A stretch of 63,960 nt of DNA, filler included, from Lentisphaeria bacterium (GTDB lineage Bacteria > Verrucomicrobiota > Lentisphaeria > JABSQK01 > JAWLHB01): assembly GCA_041690595.1 (NCBI GenBank). It is 3 parts of 3 records of this genome, joined end to end, with 100 filler letters (N's around TTAATTAATTAA, not from the genome) between each part and the next. Parts side by side here need not be neighbours in the genome. Positions count along the whole stretch, not along the records: positions 28,582 to 55,970 come from JAWLHB010000068.1; 2 more parts are not named here. One strand, 5' to 3'. Position numbers and translations under genes: made by a program. Positions 39,942 to 50,591 of the stretch are shown piece after piece. Under the pieces are notes generated by a model. The model ran no database searches. It worked only from the letters and a program-made list of their open reading frames with translations, and had not been told where the DNA came from. Each line of letters begins with the position of its first letter. The stretch's first letter is position 1.

Positions 39942-40832
39942 ATGCCTGATTCCATCATCGCCCTCCAATGGGCAGTACAGCCGGCCACGGCAGATCGCCT
40001 GAGCGAACTCCTGGCCGGCTTCGCTTTGCAGCCATCCGTCTGGCACCATGTCCAGGAGCCATGCGCCGTCCTCTCCCTCTACTTCGAAAGCCCAGAGGAA
40101 GCAGAAGCCTGCTGCCGGCAGCTTAGCCCTGCTCTCGCTGAATGGCAGGAGCTCTTTGAGGAACCCCTCCCTGAAGCCCGTTCGTCCGTGCTGGCGCGCG
40201 AAGACTGGGCCGAAAGCTGGAAACGCTACTTCAAGCCCCGCCGCGTTTCGAACCATGTCATCGTGCGTCCGTCATGGGAAGCGCTCCCCGAAAGCCGACT
40301 TGGTGATGTCGAAGTGCAGATCGACCCCGGCATGTGTTTCGGCACCGGCCAGCACGGCACCACGGTCGCCTGTATCCGTTTTCTCGATCAGGTGGTGGAG
40401 ACCCACGCGGGACAACCGGTTCTCGATGCCGGTTGCGGCTCGGGTATCATCGCCATCGCCGCCGCCAAGCTGGGCCTCGCTCCTGTCTTTGCCTTCGACA
40501 TCGATGAACACGCCGTAACCGTGACCCGCGAAAACTGCGCCATCAATGGCGTGGCCCATCTCGTCACCGCGGAGAGCATCGACCTGACGGAATGGACGTC
40601 GCACCGCCAGTGGCAGATCGTTGTCGCCAACATCCTGGCCGAAGTCCTCATCGCTCAAGCGGAGCGCCTTGCGGCGGCCGTCGTGCAGGATCAAGCCGCC
40701 AGGCTCATCCTCTCCGGCATCCTGCATGGCCAGTTCCCCGCCGTCCGCGAACGCTACAAGAGCCTCGGCTTCGATCTCAGCGCCACCGAAGTCATCGACG
40801 AATGGACCAGCGGACTCTTCATCCGGCGCTGA
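39942..40832 (+). CDS. prmA: Ribosomal protein L11 methyltransferase
   Basis: EDWAESWKRYFKP, IDPGMCFGTGQHGTT, LDAGCGSGI, ANILA, LILSGI. Confidence 0.93.
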   Translation: MPDSIIALQWAVQPATADRLSELLAGFALQPSVWHHVQEPCAVLSLYFESPEEAEACCRQLSPALAEWQELFEEPLPEARSSVLAREDWAESWKRYFKPRRVSNHVIVRPSWEALPESRLGDVEVQIDPGMCFGTGQHGTTVACIRFLDQVVETHAGQPVLDAGCGSGIIAIAAAKLGLAPVFAFDIDEHAVTVTRENCAINGVAHLVTAESIDLTEWTSHRQWQIVVANILAEVLIAQAERLAAAVVQDQAARLILSGILHGQFPAVRERYKSLGFDLSATEVIDEWTSGLFIRR

Positions 40833-40841
40833 CACCGCGCA

Positions 40842-42665
40842 TCAGAGCTTGTTCAACTCGTACAGCTCGCGGTACCGTCCTCCGAGCGCCAGCAGCTCAT
40901 CGTGATTGCCCTGCTCGATGATCCGGCCCTTGTCCATGACAAAGATGCGATACGCATGCCGGATCGTGCTGAGTCGGTGCGCAATCGCAAATACGGTACG
41001 ATTCTGCATCAGTGCGTCCAGCGCCTCCTGGATCAACTGCTCCGTGGCCGTATCCAGAGCGCTGGTCGCCTCATCCAGAATCAGGATCCGCGGGTTGCGG
41101 AGAATCGCGCGCGCGATTGCCAACCGCTGCCGCTGGCCACCACTGAGCACGAAGCCCTTCTCACCGATGACCCGCTCGTAGCCAAAGTTCTCGCGCATGA
41201 TGAACTCATGCGCGTTCGCCTTCCGCGCTGCCGCTTCGATCTCTTCATGTGTGGCACCGGCGCTGCCATAGGAGATGTTGTTGGCTATCGTATCGTTGAA
41301 GAGAATCGTCTCCTGCGTTACCACACAGATGAGGCGGCGAAGCGCGTCCATGTCCATCTCGCGCACATCGACCCCATCGATCGTTACCGACCCGCTGGTG
41401 ACGTCGTAGAAGCGGGCGAGAAGGTTGGCCATCGTCGTCTTTCCGCTGCCCGATTCCCCCACCACCGCGATCACCTTCCCCTGCGGAATCTCCAGGCTGA
41501 CGTTATCAAGCACCCACGGTTGCTCCGCGCCATACTGAAAACGTACGCTGTCGAAGACGATCTTCGTCTGAAAGTCGTCGAGTACGACCGGATTCTCCGA
41601 GATGGGCAGCGCCGTCTTGGTGTCGAGCAGTTCGAAGATGCGTTCCGCGGAGGCCATGCTCCGCTGGATCTGCGCATTCAGCTTCGCCAGGCGCTTGATC
41701 GGATCGTAGGCCAGTATCGCCGCACCCGCCAGCGAGACGATTTCGCTCAGCCGGATCTGGTTAATGAAGCAATAGGCCAGCAGCAGACAGAGCAGGATCA
41801 CCGTCAGAAACTCCGTGATCGGCGCCATGAGCAGCTCCGCTCGAAGACCGCGAAGGATGTGCGAGAAGTAGCTCATGTTGATCTCGCGAAAACGAGCTTC
41901 CTCAGACGCTTCCATGTGAAACGCCTTCACCACGCGTATCCCCGTGAAGTTCTCATGCATCCGCGCCACCAGATCCGATACACGTTCGAGCGACCGGCGG
42001 CAGTACATCTTGATGCGCCGCCCGAGCACCACAATCGGCAAGATGCACAGAGGCATGATCACGAAGATGGCTATCGGCAGAAAGTAGAGTTCGAAACGGA
42101 TGCTGCTGTAGATGACCGCCGCGGTCAGCGCAACAAGCTCGGCGGGCGCCCGCGTCAGATCGGCAATGTTGTCCGCCACCGAACGCTCCACGGCGGCCGT
42201 GTCGTTCACGCAACGCGCAATCAGGTTCCCGATGTCCGTCTTGCCATAGAAAATGAGCGACTGCTGCTGAAGCGAGTGAAAGAGTTCGTTTCGCAGGTCC
42301 AGAATCACTCGCGCCCCGACCCAGTGCATCAGGTAGCGGTTGAGCCACGTGCAGAGCGTCTTGGCAAAAAAGAAAACCAGCAGCAACACCATCGTCGCGA
42401 TCATGAACTGCCAAGTCATCGTGTCACCCTGAGGTGAGAGATGCGCCACGCCGAGTTTCTGCGCCACCGGGCTCAAGATCCCCGGTTCCGCGGCTGCGCC
42501 GGTGGGCTCTTCGAAGACACGAATGATATTAGGCAGAAGCTGCAGAATACCGAAAAGACTGCCGCCCGCAAGGAACCCGCTGACAATGCCGACGATCAGC
42601 CGCTTCCGATAGGGTAGCGTGTACTTGAGCAGCCGGCTGTACGTGCTGATGAGCCCGTCCTTCAT
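40842..42665 (-). CDS. msbA: MsbA-like ABC exporter
   Basis: TM domain plus GESGSGKT, LSGGQRQR, ILDEATSALD; downstream of lptD. Confidence 0.85.
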   Translation of the reverse strand: MKDGLISTYSRLLKYTLPYRKRLIVGIVSGFLAGGSLFGILQLLPNIIRVFEEPTGAAAEPGILSPVAQKLGVAHLSPQGDTMTWQFMIATMVLLLVFFFAKTLCTWLNRYLMHWVGARVILDLRNELFHSLQQQSLIFYGKTDIGNLIARCVNDTAAVERSVADNIADLTRAPAELVALTAAVIYSSIRFELYFLPIAIFVIMPLCILPIVVLGRRIKMYCRRSLERVSDLVARMHENFTGIRVVKAFHMEASEEARFREINMSYFSHILRGLRAELLMAPITEFLTVILLCLLLAYCFINQIRLSEIVSLAGAAILAYDPIKRLAKLNAQIQRSMASAERIFELLDTKTALPISENPVVLDDFQTKIVFDSVRFQYGAEQPWVLDNVSLEIPQGKVIAVVGESGSGKTTMANLLARFYDVTSGSVTIDGVDVREMDMDALRRLICVVTQETILFNDTIANNISYGSAGATHEEIEAAARKANAHEFIMRENFGYERVIGEKGFVLSGGQRQRLAIARAILRNPRILILDEATSALDTATEQLIQEALDALMQNRTVFAIAHRLSTIRHAYRIFVMDKGRIIEQGNHDELLALGGRYRELYELNKL

Positions 42666-42764
42666 GAGCCGTACCCCCCCAGCAGATTCACGAGCCAAAT
42701 GCACGCCACGCCGACAGCTACGCCGCGGCGCTCCGGCCTATCCCTCAACATGGTCCCCGACTGC

Positions 42765-45026
42765 TCAACTTCCGGCACGTATACGTCCCAGCCCCTTGAG
42801 CATGAAGAGAAGCATGACACGAAAGTCTTCGCCATTTTCCTCGAGCCGAAGGGCAGTTTCCCAGCACTTGCTTTCCCGGGTCAGCTGATACATCTGCTGC
42901 CCCAGCTCCCCGCGGTCCAGGTCGAAATAGTGCTGCGTTTCGAACCGTACGCTCGGCGTCAGATTGATCCCGAACGTCAACTGCAGGTTGTGATTCTCGG
43001 TGTACGAATGAGGAATCGTCTCGCTGATCACCTCCGTCAGATCGCTGCCCATCGACGTCAGGTACCGGGAACGATAGTCGTTGCGCAAGAGGTAACCAAG
43101 CCCCACCCTCCAGAAATCTTTGTGGTAATAGGTGGCTCCGACATTCAGCACATTCATCCGCCAGTCGTCATAGCCCACCAGGCTCTCCAGCCACAGACTC
43201 ACCTGCTCCACCGGGTTGACCTGCAGCACCGTGCCGATATCCCCCTCCCGCGGAAGATCATCCTCCTGCGGATCGAAATGGAAGTCGACGTAGTTCTCGA
43301 GGCGAGCGAGGGTGTAGATCCGCTGGTTGCGCCGTGTCTGCAGCCTCTGCTTCACCCCGGCACGCAGCATGTTCGTTTCCAGAATGCGATCCACCTGATC
43401 GAAGTAGTAGATATGCTCCCGGTCGTCAGGATCGCTGATATAGGTGTAATTGAGGTACGGCTCCACCACATGGCGCAGGCCGTCGATCCGCCAGCGCTCG
43501 CTCTGGTAGTTGTGCATGGTGCGGCTGGTCTTGAATGAGATCTCCGTGCCCAACTCGAGGAGGGTTCGGTTTAGCGTACCGCCGTCATTGTCGAAGTTGA
43601 AGACCGTTCCGTTCTCGTTCATGTCCGCGCGCGGATCGTCCGCCGTGAAGCTCTGCTCGATCTGCAGATCCGAGAGCGGCGAGTAGCTGCTGTCGCTGTA
43701 GCGCGTATAGCGCACGCCGGCACGCGGCACGATGTTCAGCCAGTCGAGCCGCAACGGGTAGTAGAACATGTGAAGCGTGTCGAAGCGCCACGCATCGTAA
43801 TCGTCGAACTCAGCGCCATCGCTCCGTGGCAGGTCGTAGTCGCGCCACTGCGCGTGCAGCCGCGCAAAGCTGGTCGATCCCTGATAATGCAGGTTGCTGC
43901 CCAGCAACGCCTGCCGCGGCAGGTCCAGCCGCAGCTCCGGCAACCGCTCCACCGAGGTGAAGAAGTCGTTGACCCGTTGCCGATAGTGAGCCGACAGGAT
44001 GAAGCGGTCATCCAAATAGGTGAGGTCCGCGAAGGAGGCCGGCTCCGGATAGATATCGTACTCGTCCCTGAAGAACTCCAGGAGCATGTCGTTGTCGCTG
44101 ATCGCATCGATCTTGCCGCGGAACATCAGCCCGGGCGTGAAGCTCTGCTCGTGGTACAGCTTCAGGCGATACCGCTCCTCTTCTGCCTCAAAGCGATTGT
44201 TGTAGTCCTGGCCGTTGATGGTCCTTTCGGTGAGCGGATCGCTGTCCAGCATCCCGTAGGCCAACCACTCCGTAAAGCTATTCTCGGTCCGGATGGTAGT
44301 CTCGTTGCGAAGAGCAACCCCGCGGGCTGTCCGGTACTCGATGCCCAACTCCGTCTCGCCAAGCTCGCCAAGCTCCCAGGCACGCGCCAGCATGATGTAG
44401 AAACCCCAGTCCGATTGATGCCCCGCCCGCAGCCGCCAGCTGCCAAGCTGATCATTCGTGTTGCCGGTCAGCACCGGCAGGTACATCAGCGGTGCGCCCA
44501 TCAGCCGCCAGGTTACGTTGCGCGCACGAAAATCTCCATTCTCACGGTGGACAACTTCGCTGGCATGCAGCCACCAATCTTCGCACATGCTCATCGCCAC
44601 ATCACGCACCGTATAGGCCCCGTCCGGCGTGCGGCTGGCTCCCGTCCCTTTGAAGGTCCACTTGCCGAAGGTGCCCTGGAACGCCGTAAACTCGAATCCA
44701 CGCGTGCGCAGATTGCCCGTCGCATGGTCGCCATACGTCACCGCATTCTCGTGCAGGATCCGCACGTTGCCGATCGCTTCCACGTCCAGCGTCTCACGAT
44801 TCAAATGTGCCTCATCCGCATGCAGCTCGAAACCCTGGTAGTTGACCTTCACGTTGCCGCGGTAGATCGCCAGGTTCTCCTCCACACGAAACTCCAGCTG
44901 ATCCCCCTCCGCAACCAGATCCGGTATCGCATCGGTTCCCTCTTCCTGAGCGCCCACCAGGCTCACTGCCACGATTCCCAGCGCCACAAGCAATGCCCGC
45001 GCACTCCGACGAAACTTCTTCTGCAT
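42765..45026 (-). CDS. lptD: LPS assembly protein LptD
   Basis: Signal peptide, OstA-like N-terminus (YRGNVKV, ADEA), beta-barrel motifs RLPELR and LRHVVEPYLNY. Confidence 0.85.
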   Translation of the reverse strand: MQKKFRRSARALLVALGIVAVSLVGAQEEGTDAIPDLVAEGDQLEFRVEENLAIYRGNVKVNYQGFELHADEAHLNRETLDVEAIGNVRILHENAVTYGDHATGNLRTRGFEFTAFQGTFGKWTFKGTGASRTPDGAYTVRDVAMSMCEDWWLHASEVVHRENGDFRARNVTWRLMGAPLMYLPVLTGNTNDQLGSWRLRAGHQSDWGFYIMLARAWELGELGETELGIEYRTARGVALRNETTIRTENSFTEWLAYGMLDSDPLTERTINGQDYNNRFEAEEERYRLKLYHEQSFTPGLMFRGKIDAISDNDMLLEFFRDEYDIYPEPASFADLTYLDDRFILSAHYRQRVNDFFTSVERLPELRLDLPRQALLGSNLHYQGSTSFARLHAQWRDYDLPRSDGAEFDDYDAWRFDTLHMFYYPLRLDWLNIVPRAGVRYTRYSDSSYSPLSDLQIEQSFTADDPRADMNENGTVFNFDNDGGTLNRTLLELGTEISFKTSRTMHNYQSERWRIDGLRHVVEPYLNYTYISDPDDREHIYYFDQVDRILETNMLRAGVKQRLQTRRNQRIYTLARLENYVDFHFDPQEDDLPREGDIGTVLQVNPVEQVSLWLESLVGYDDWRMNVLNVGATYYHKDFWRVGLGYLLRNDYRSRYLTSMGSDLTEVISETIPHSYTENHNLQLTFGINLTPSVRFETQHYFDLDRGELGQQMYQLTRESKCWETALRLEENGEDFRVMLLFMLKGLGRIRAGS

Positions 45027-45145
45027 AGCGCTTCCTTACTTCATTATCGCGACATAAAGGTGTTCATTCGACGAATGGAGGTCAACGTACCGTTTTCCCC
45101 CCGCAATACAAACGCTTACACTGCCAATTCCGAACCACCCCGCCT

Positions 45146-47518
45146 CTAGATTACGCCCATCACCCGAAGCAACAGCACCAATACCAGCACCACCAGAATC
45201 CCGCAGGCAATGTACAGCGCCTTGACGTTGCCATCCTTGACGGGCACTGGGGCAATGCTCGCTTCCGTCTTTCCCTTGGCCTTCCTGGCTGGCTTGGTCG
45301 GAGCAGGCGCCGGTGGTGCTGCCTGGGGTGCGGCCGGCGCCGCGGCTGCTGGTGCGGGACGTGGCGCTCCACCATCACCGCCCGAGGCCGGCGTACCCGG
45401 TGGCATGATCACAAACTCCATGCCGCAGTCCGGACATTCCGCCAACGCCCCATAGACCTCCGGCGGTACCTCGTAGCTCTCCTCGCAATGCGGACATGCC
45501 ACAAAATTCCCCTCGACCACGGAATATGGCCCCTGTGGGAGTGGCGCTGCGTTCGGCGCCTGCGGCTGCGGCCTCGGAGGCGGAGCGGATGGTGGCGGTG
45601 GGCGGCGCTGCGGACGCGGCCGGGAGGCTTCCCGCGGACTGGGCTCGTCGGCGCCGCGCTGGCGCTGCTTCATCCCCATGCCCTGCCTCGAAAGCGTCAC
45701 GGTACCGCTCATGCCCACAGGTGCCATGGACCCCTGCTGTACGTCGATACCGCTATGATTGGAGCTCCCTCCTTCTTCCTCGGGCAGGCGGGCAGGACGA
45801 GGCACAGGCGGCTGTTGCGGTACGGGCGGCTGCTGACCACGGGCGCGAAGATTCTGGCTGCGAAGAGCCGCGGGAGGCATCGGGCGAGCGCTGTCGCGCT
45901 GGATCTCGATCGTCGAGAGCATGTTCGGATCATTGACCAGCGGCGAACCGGATTCGATGCCGCTGTTCGGGCGACGCGGCACCCGCTGGCGTACGCCATC
46001 AGGCGCCTGCTGCGGCGCGGCCGGCGTGGCTGGCTGGCTGCTCGGCACACCGTCGCCGCCGATACCCTGCCGGAGACGATCGACCACGCTACCCTCTTCC
46101 CGCTGGATCTCGATCGTCGACATCATGTCACTTCCCGCATTGTCGCCAGTGTTGACCGAGATGCCACTGCTGGTGCGACGTTGTGGGGAAGGTGGCGGAG
46201 GTGGTGGCGCGTACTGCTGCTGAACGGGCTGACGCTGCGGCTGAACCGGTGGTGGAGCTGGTGGCGCGTACTGCTGCTGAACCGGTGGCGGCGGTGCTGG
46301 TGCTGCCGCCTGAGGTACAACCGGCTGCGGACGCGACACCCGGCGCGGCGGCGGCGGCTGCCGACGACGACGCGGGTCCACATTTGCCGGCGGACGATTG
46401 ATCTCGTCACCAGACGACGACGGGGGCGGTGGCGCTGACTGAACCCGCGGAGGCTCCGGCGGCGGATTCGGCTGGAGTCCCTGCCGCAGACGCTCGGCCG
46501 CACCATCCTCAGGGCGCTGAAATTCTACCGTCGACATCATGTCGCCGCCGCCCATCTCCTCGTCCGACAGCCGTTCGATGCCGCTGCTCGGTCGGGCTGG
46601 AGGCTGCGGACGACGGGCCGCCACGCGTTGCGGCGGCGTGGGGCGCGGATGATTGATGGTGGTACTGCCGCCGATATCCGCTTCGGGAGGGGTGGCTGCC
46701 TTGGGCTGCCGCGGTGCTGGTGCATGTGGCGGGCGTCCTTGCGCCGGCGGCGGTGGCGGCATACCTGGCGGCGGTGGCGGCGGTGCCGCGTGACGCCCCC
46801 TCGGCAAGTCGACAGGGTGCTCGACACGTGCCTCCTCCGGCTCCCGGATGCGCGACATCGGCGGCTGAGGAGCGGGCGACGCGGCGGTGGGAGGCGGAGG
46901 CGCATTGCGCGGCTGCCTTGCTTCCATGGTCGGCATGTCGTCCTCATCCAGATCCAGATCGATCACTTCCGGCCGGCGCTCGGCTCTGGGCGGTGGCGAA
47001 GGCGCGGCAACAGGCTGGGCAACCGATGAAGGCATCGCCGCCACAGGGGGTGTCGGCGCCGGACGCGGTGGCAGATCCCCCTGCGAGGCTTGCGGCAGGC
47101 CCGGGCTGCGCTGGGCCGTCCCCGTGGGGATCACCGTGCCGACGGCCTTGGGCGGCGGCGCACTGGCTTCTTCCCGCGGGGGGCGATAGGGCGGTGTGCC
47201 GGGAGGTTTGATCACAAAGGTCGTGCTGCATTCCGGGCATTCGGCGATCGCATGGTAAAACTGAGGCGTGATCTCGAACTCTGCCTCACAGCGCGGGCAG
47301 TCCACGGCGTCCTCTTTGGCCACCGAGTAGATCATGTTCATCACCGCTTTCGGCGGCGGCGGAGTCGGCAGAGGGGTACTGTCCCGCCCGCGCGCCCCGA
47401 TCCCCATTCCCTTTCTCGAAAGAGTCACGGTAGAGGTCAGGCCAAAATCGCCGCTGAGAGGGTCGACGGAAATACCGCTCGAGGTTCGGCGGTGCTCTGG
47501 ATACTGTTGATCAGCCAT
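45146..47518 (-). CDS. Pro-rich disordered protein with two Zn ribbons and a C-terminal TM anchor
   Basis: CPRC..CPEC and CPHC..CPDC; C-terminal hydrophobic tail; start codon uncertain. Confidence 0.8.
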   Translation of the reverse strand: MADQQYPEHRRTSSGISVDPLSGDFGLTSTVTLSRKGMGIGARGRDSTPLPTPPPPKAVMNMIYSVAKEDAVDCPRCEAEFEITPQFYHAIAECPECSTTFVIKPPGTPPYRPPREEASAPPPKAVGTVIPTGTAQRSPGLPQASQGDLPPRPAPTPPVAAMPSSVAQPVAAPSPPPRAERRPEVIDLDLDEDDMPTMEARQPRNAPPPPTAASPAPQPPMSRIREPEEARVEHPVDLPRGRHAAPPPPPPGMPPPPPAQGRPPHAPAPRQPKAATPPEADIGGSTTINHPRPTPPQRVAARRPQPPARPSSGIERLSDEEMGGGDMMSTVEFQRPEDGAAERLRQGLQPNPPPEPPRVQSAPPPPSSSGDEINRPPANVDPRRRRQPPPPRRVSRPQPVVPQAAAPAPPPPVQQQYAPPAPPPVQPQRQPVQQQYAPPPPPPSPQRRTSSGISVNTGDNAGSDMMSTIEIQREEGSVVDRLRQGIGGDGVPSSQPATPAAPQQAPDGVRQRVPRRPNSGIESGSPLVNDPNMLSTIEIQRDSARPMPPAALRSQNLRARGQQPPVPQQPPVPRPARLPEEEGGSSNHSGIDVQQGSMAPVGMSGTVTLSRQGMGMKQRQRGADEPSPREASRPRPQRRPPPPSAPPPRPQPQAPNAAPLPQGPYSVVEGNFVACPHCEESYEVPPEVYGALAECPDCGMEFVIMPPGTPASGGDGGAPRPAPAAAAPAAPQAAPPAPAPTKPARKAKGKTEASIAPVPVKDGNVKALYIACGILVVLVLVLLLRVMGVI

Positions 47519-47816
47519 GTCGAAAAGCGCTGGATATCGCCGTGCCCAAGGCGTGGCGCGTGTCGTTAACAGGTGAGTTGACGGCCTTAAAGTCCCATAG
47601 TATAGCACGCGGGTGCAGGTTCATCCACCTATTTCCGCGCCGCCTCGTGGAAATAGCCCTTTCCACGCAGTATGGTTAGTCACCGTGCGGGTTGATTTGG
47701 AGCGTTTTTGCAACTGCCCGGTTGGGAGACGTCTCTCTCCTCCTGCCGGCAGTCGGCCATGCTCCGGTTGCCTTTCATCTCATCTTTATCAGTCTGTCAT
47801 TGCAGGGACATGCGAC

Positions 47817-48539
47817 GTGTATTTGCACCTTGCCGCCGTTTCCCCATTTTATGCGTTCCAGCAAAGCGATCTCGTCGGACGCATCATCGTCCTCATCCTC
47901 TTCCTGGCATCTGTCTTCGCGTGGACGATTATCGCCGAGAAGTGGCTCTACCTACGTGCCGTCAGACGCCAGGTTATCGCCTCCATGAAGTTCTTTCGCG
48001 AATCCACCGGCCCACTCGAAGTCCTCAGCCATATCGACTCCCTCCGCGGTCCCATGCATCGCATCGCCGATGCTCTCCGCGATGGACTCGCCGCCGGCAG
48101 GCGTCAGACCCCCGCGCTTCTGCTGGCCGAGCTGCGATCCAAACGCAAGCTATCCGCCCTCAATTCCGCCGAGACCGATCGCCTGCGTGCCTTGGCCGAA
48201 AGCGCCGTCGACAACGAGATCCTCCGCATGGAGGCCCGTCTCGGGCTGCTCGGCTCCATCGTGGGTGCCAGCCCCTTTCTGGGACTGCTCGGAACCGTCT
48301 GGGGCGTCATGATGGCCTTCACCGGCATGGCCATGGTCGGGCGCGCCGACATCGGCGCCATCGCGCCAGGCGTCAGCGGTGCCCTCCTCACTACCGTCGT
48401 CGGTCTGCTCGTCGCCATTCCCGCGCTAATTGGCTACAACCTGCTGGTCAACAACGTCAAGCTGCTGTCGATCAAGATGGACAACTTCGCCGCGGAGTTC
48501 ATCAGCTGGCTCCAGTCCGAGAACAGCCTCGAGGAGTAG
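47817..48539 (+). CDS. MotA/TolQ/ExbB proton channel
   Basis: SPFLGLLGTVWGVM, IAPGVSGALLTTVVGLLVAIPA. Confidence 0.93.
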   Translation: MYLHLAAVSPFYAFQQSDLVGRIIVLILFLASVFAWTIIAEKWLYLRAVRRQVIASMKFFRESTGPLEVLSHIDSLRGPMHRIADALRDGLAAGRRQTPALLLAELRSKRKLSALNSAETDRLRALAESAVDNEILRMEARLGLLGSIVGASPFLGLLGTVWGVMMAFTGMAMVGRADIGAIAPGVSGALLTTVVGLLVAIPALIGYNLLVNNVKLLSIKMDNFAAEFISWLQSENSLEE

Positions 48540-48545
48540 GCCACC

Positions 48546-48953
48546 ATGTCCCGTCGTCGCCATGACAGCCTGGGCACCATCGACACGATCAACGTCACCC
48601 CGCTGGTCGACCTTACCTTTCTGCTCCTCATCGTCTTCATGATCACGGCCCCGGTCCTCGAATACACCGTCGAAGTCAATACGCCCGAGCTGACCGCGCA
48701 ACAGGTGGATCAGCAGGAGCATCGCATCGTCTCCATCGATGCTTCCGGATTCCTTTACTTCGGCGACACTCGGATCTCCATGGGGGAGCTCGGTCAGGCC
48801 CTCACCCTGCTCGTCGGCCAGATGCCCACCATTCAGGTCTTCATCCGCGCCGACGAAAGCCGTCCCTACGGCGAAGTCATGGCCGTCCTCCGCACCATCA
48901 AGCGCTCGGGCGTAACCAATTTCAACCTCGTCACCAGTGCCGAGGAGGATTGA
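48546..48953 (+). CDS. ExbD/TolR
   Basis: INVTPLVDLTFLLLIVFMITAP, IRADESRPYG. Confidence 0.95.
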   Translation: MSRRRHDSLGTIDTINVTPLVDLTFLLLIVFMITAPVLEYTVEVNTPELTAQQVDQQEHRIVSIDASGFLYFGDTRISMGELGQALTLLVGQMPTIQVFIRADESRPYGEVMAVLRTIKRSGVTNFNLVTSAEED

Positions 48954-49858
48954 CCACCATGGTGCATGAGTTCTATTTTCAGCGGATGAGTCGCCGGATG
49001 TTCTCCATGGTTGCCGCCGCCCATGCCGGGCTGGTTGTGATCCTCCTGCTGGTCGCATGGATTCAGCCAACCCCCCGGAAACCCAATGAAGCCGTCCAGG
49101 TGCAACTGGTCCAGCTGCCTCAGGTTGGCTCACCTGCCGTTGGCGCTCCTTCCGCCCCCACTCCTGCTCCAGAACCGACTCCCGCCCCGCCGCCCACCCC
49201 CGCGCCCATCGTCCCAGCTCCAACGCCCAAGCCGACTCCCACGCCCGCTCCAGCTCCCACCCCGGTCGTCGTTCCCGCTCCAGCCCCCTCGCCAACGCCA
49301 GCCCCCAAACCCATGCCCAAGCCCCCCGAACCCAAGCCAAAACCCAAACCTCCCGAACCCACGCCACCGGATCCCAAGCCGACTTGGAAGGCCAATTCGC
49401 CGGAAGAGATCCGCAAGCGCATGAATGAGCAGAGAACTACCTCGACACCCACCACCAGGACCGTGCGGCAGAGTACCCCAGCGGCCCCGGTCGTCGATGC
49501 CGAACGCCTCCGCCAGAGCCTCTCCAATCAGGTGAACACCCAGATCGACGTTGGCGACTCCTTCGGCGGGGGGACCCGCAGTGACTATGACGCCATCCTG
49601 AGCAGCAGCCTCTACCGCCTCTGGCAACAGCCGAGTCGCTCGGAAGTGCAGAATCGCGATCTCGAGGTCATCATACGCTTGAGCATTCAGCGGGATGGCC
49701 GCGTCACCGCGAAAGCAGTCACCAAATCGAGCGGGCATGGCGCCATGGATGCCTCCGTGCGGCGCATGCTGCAGGAACTTCACGAACTGCCCCCCTTCCC
49801 GGCTACCTTGCGCGTTGAAAACCTGAACGTCGATGTCCGCATGCGCTTGACGCGATAG
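48950..49858 (+). CDS. TonB/TolA-family energy transducer
   Basis: TM helix with AAAH, Pro/Thr/Lys linker, C-terminal I.RDGRV..SSG..MD.SV. Confidence 0.88.
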   Translation: MTTMVHEFYFQRMSRRMFSMVAAAHAGLVVILLLVAWIQPTPRKPNEAVQVQLVQLPQVGSPAVGAPSAPTPAPEPTPAPPPTPAPIVPAPTPKPTPTPAPAPTPVVVPAPAPSPTPAPKPMPKPPEPKPKPKPPEPTPPDPKPTWKANSPEEIRKRMNEQRTTSTPTTRTVRQSTPAAPVVDAERLRQSLSNQVNTQIDVGDSFGGGTRSDYDAILSSSLYRLWQQPSRSEVQNRDLEVIIRLSIQRDGRVTAKAVTKSSGHGAMDASVRRMLQELHELPPFPATLRVENLNVDVRMRLTR

Positions 49859-49861
49859 GTG

Positions 49862-49910
49862 GCGAGCGACAGCCGCCGGGGGGTTCCGGATTCCTGCGGC
49901 TGTCGCTCGC
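49862..49910. terminator. Stem-loop between convergent genes
   Basis: Perfect 15-bp inverted repeat GCGAGCGACAGCCGC / GCGGCTGTCGCTCGC. Confidence 0.6.
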
Positions 49911-49974
49911 TGTCGTGGCTGCACGCGCGGTAGAGGGGGCGGGGCGCGCCGTGCAGCCCTCAGGGATGAAAGGT

Positions 49975-50454
49975 CTACGGATACTGCCGTTCGACCCGGT
50001 ACTCGTTCAGGGACTCCGCCGTGGCATCCCATTCCTCCACGGATTGCCTCAGCTCGGCGTTGTCGGGGAATCTCCGCGAGGCATCCTCCAGCAGCGCCAG
50101 TGCCTCCTTCTCACGCCCAAGCATGTACAGGACGCTGGCCTCGTTACGTACGTCTCGCATCTCCGCCGCGGTGCTTTCATTCAGGAGCTTCAGCGCCGCG
50201 CTGTAGTGACTCTCCGCGATGCCGGGATTTCCTGCTTTTATTGCCGCATTGCCAACGCCCACATGATATTGCCAGGTGAGCGGTTCCCGCAGTGACGCTT
50301 CTTCGTACAGACGTTGCGCCTGCAGGTAATCTTCTTCCCCCATCGCCTCGTTGGCCATATCCGCCAGGTCGGCGGCCTTCTTGCTCTTGCTGGTCGCGCA
50401 ACCGCCAACCACCAGTATAACCATGGCCAACACTCCTGCGAACAAACTTTTCAT
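49975..50454 (-). CDS. TPR-like lipoprotein
   Basis: AGGAG RBS, lipobox VGGC, TPR-like helices. Confidence 0.8.
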   Translation of the reverse strand: MKSLFAGVLAMVILVVGGCATSKSKKAADLADMANEAMGEEDYLQAQRLYEEASLREPLTWQYHVGVGNAAIKAGNPGIAESHYSAALKLLNESTAAEMRDVRNEASVLYMLGREKEALALLEDASRRFPDNAELRQSVEEWDATAESLNEYRVERQYP

Positions 50455-50591
50455 CGTCGGGACTCCTGGTTGATCGTGACTCTTCGCACCATGCTTTACT
50501 CTATGCGCTCCGCCATGCGGATTGCCACGATCATCCTCTAAAGCACCCCATTTCCGCCTCAAGCATCACGTTCTGCATTTTTTGCGAAGCG

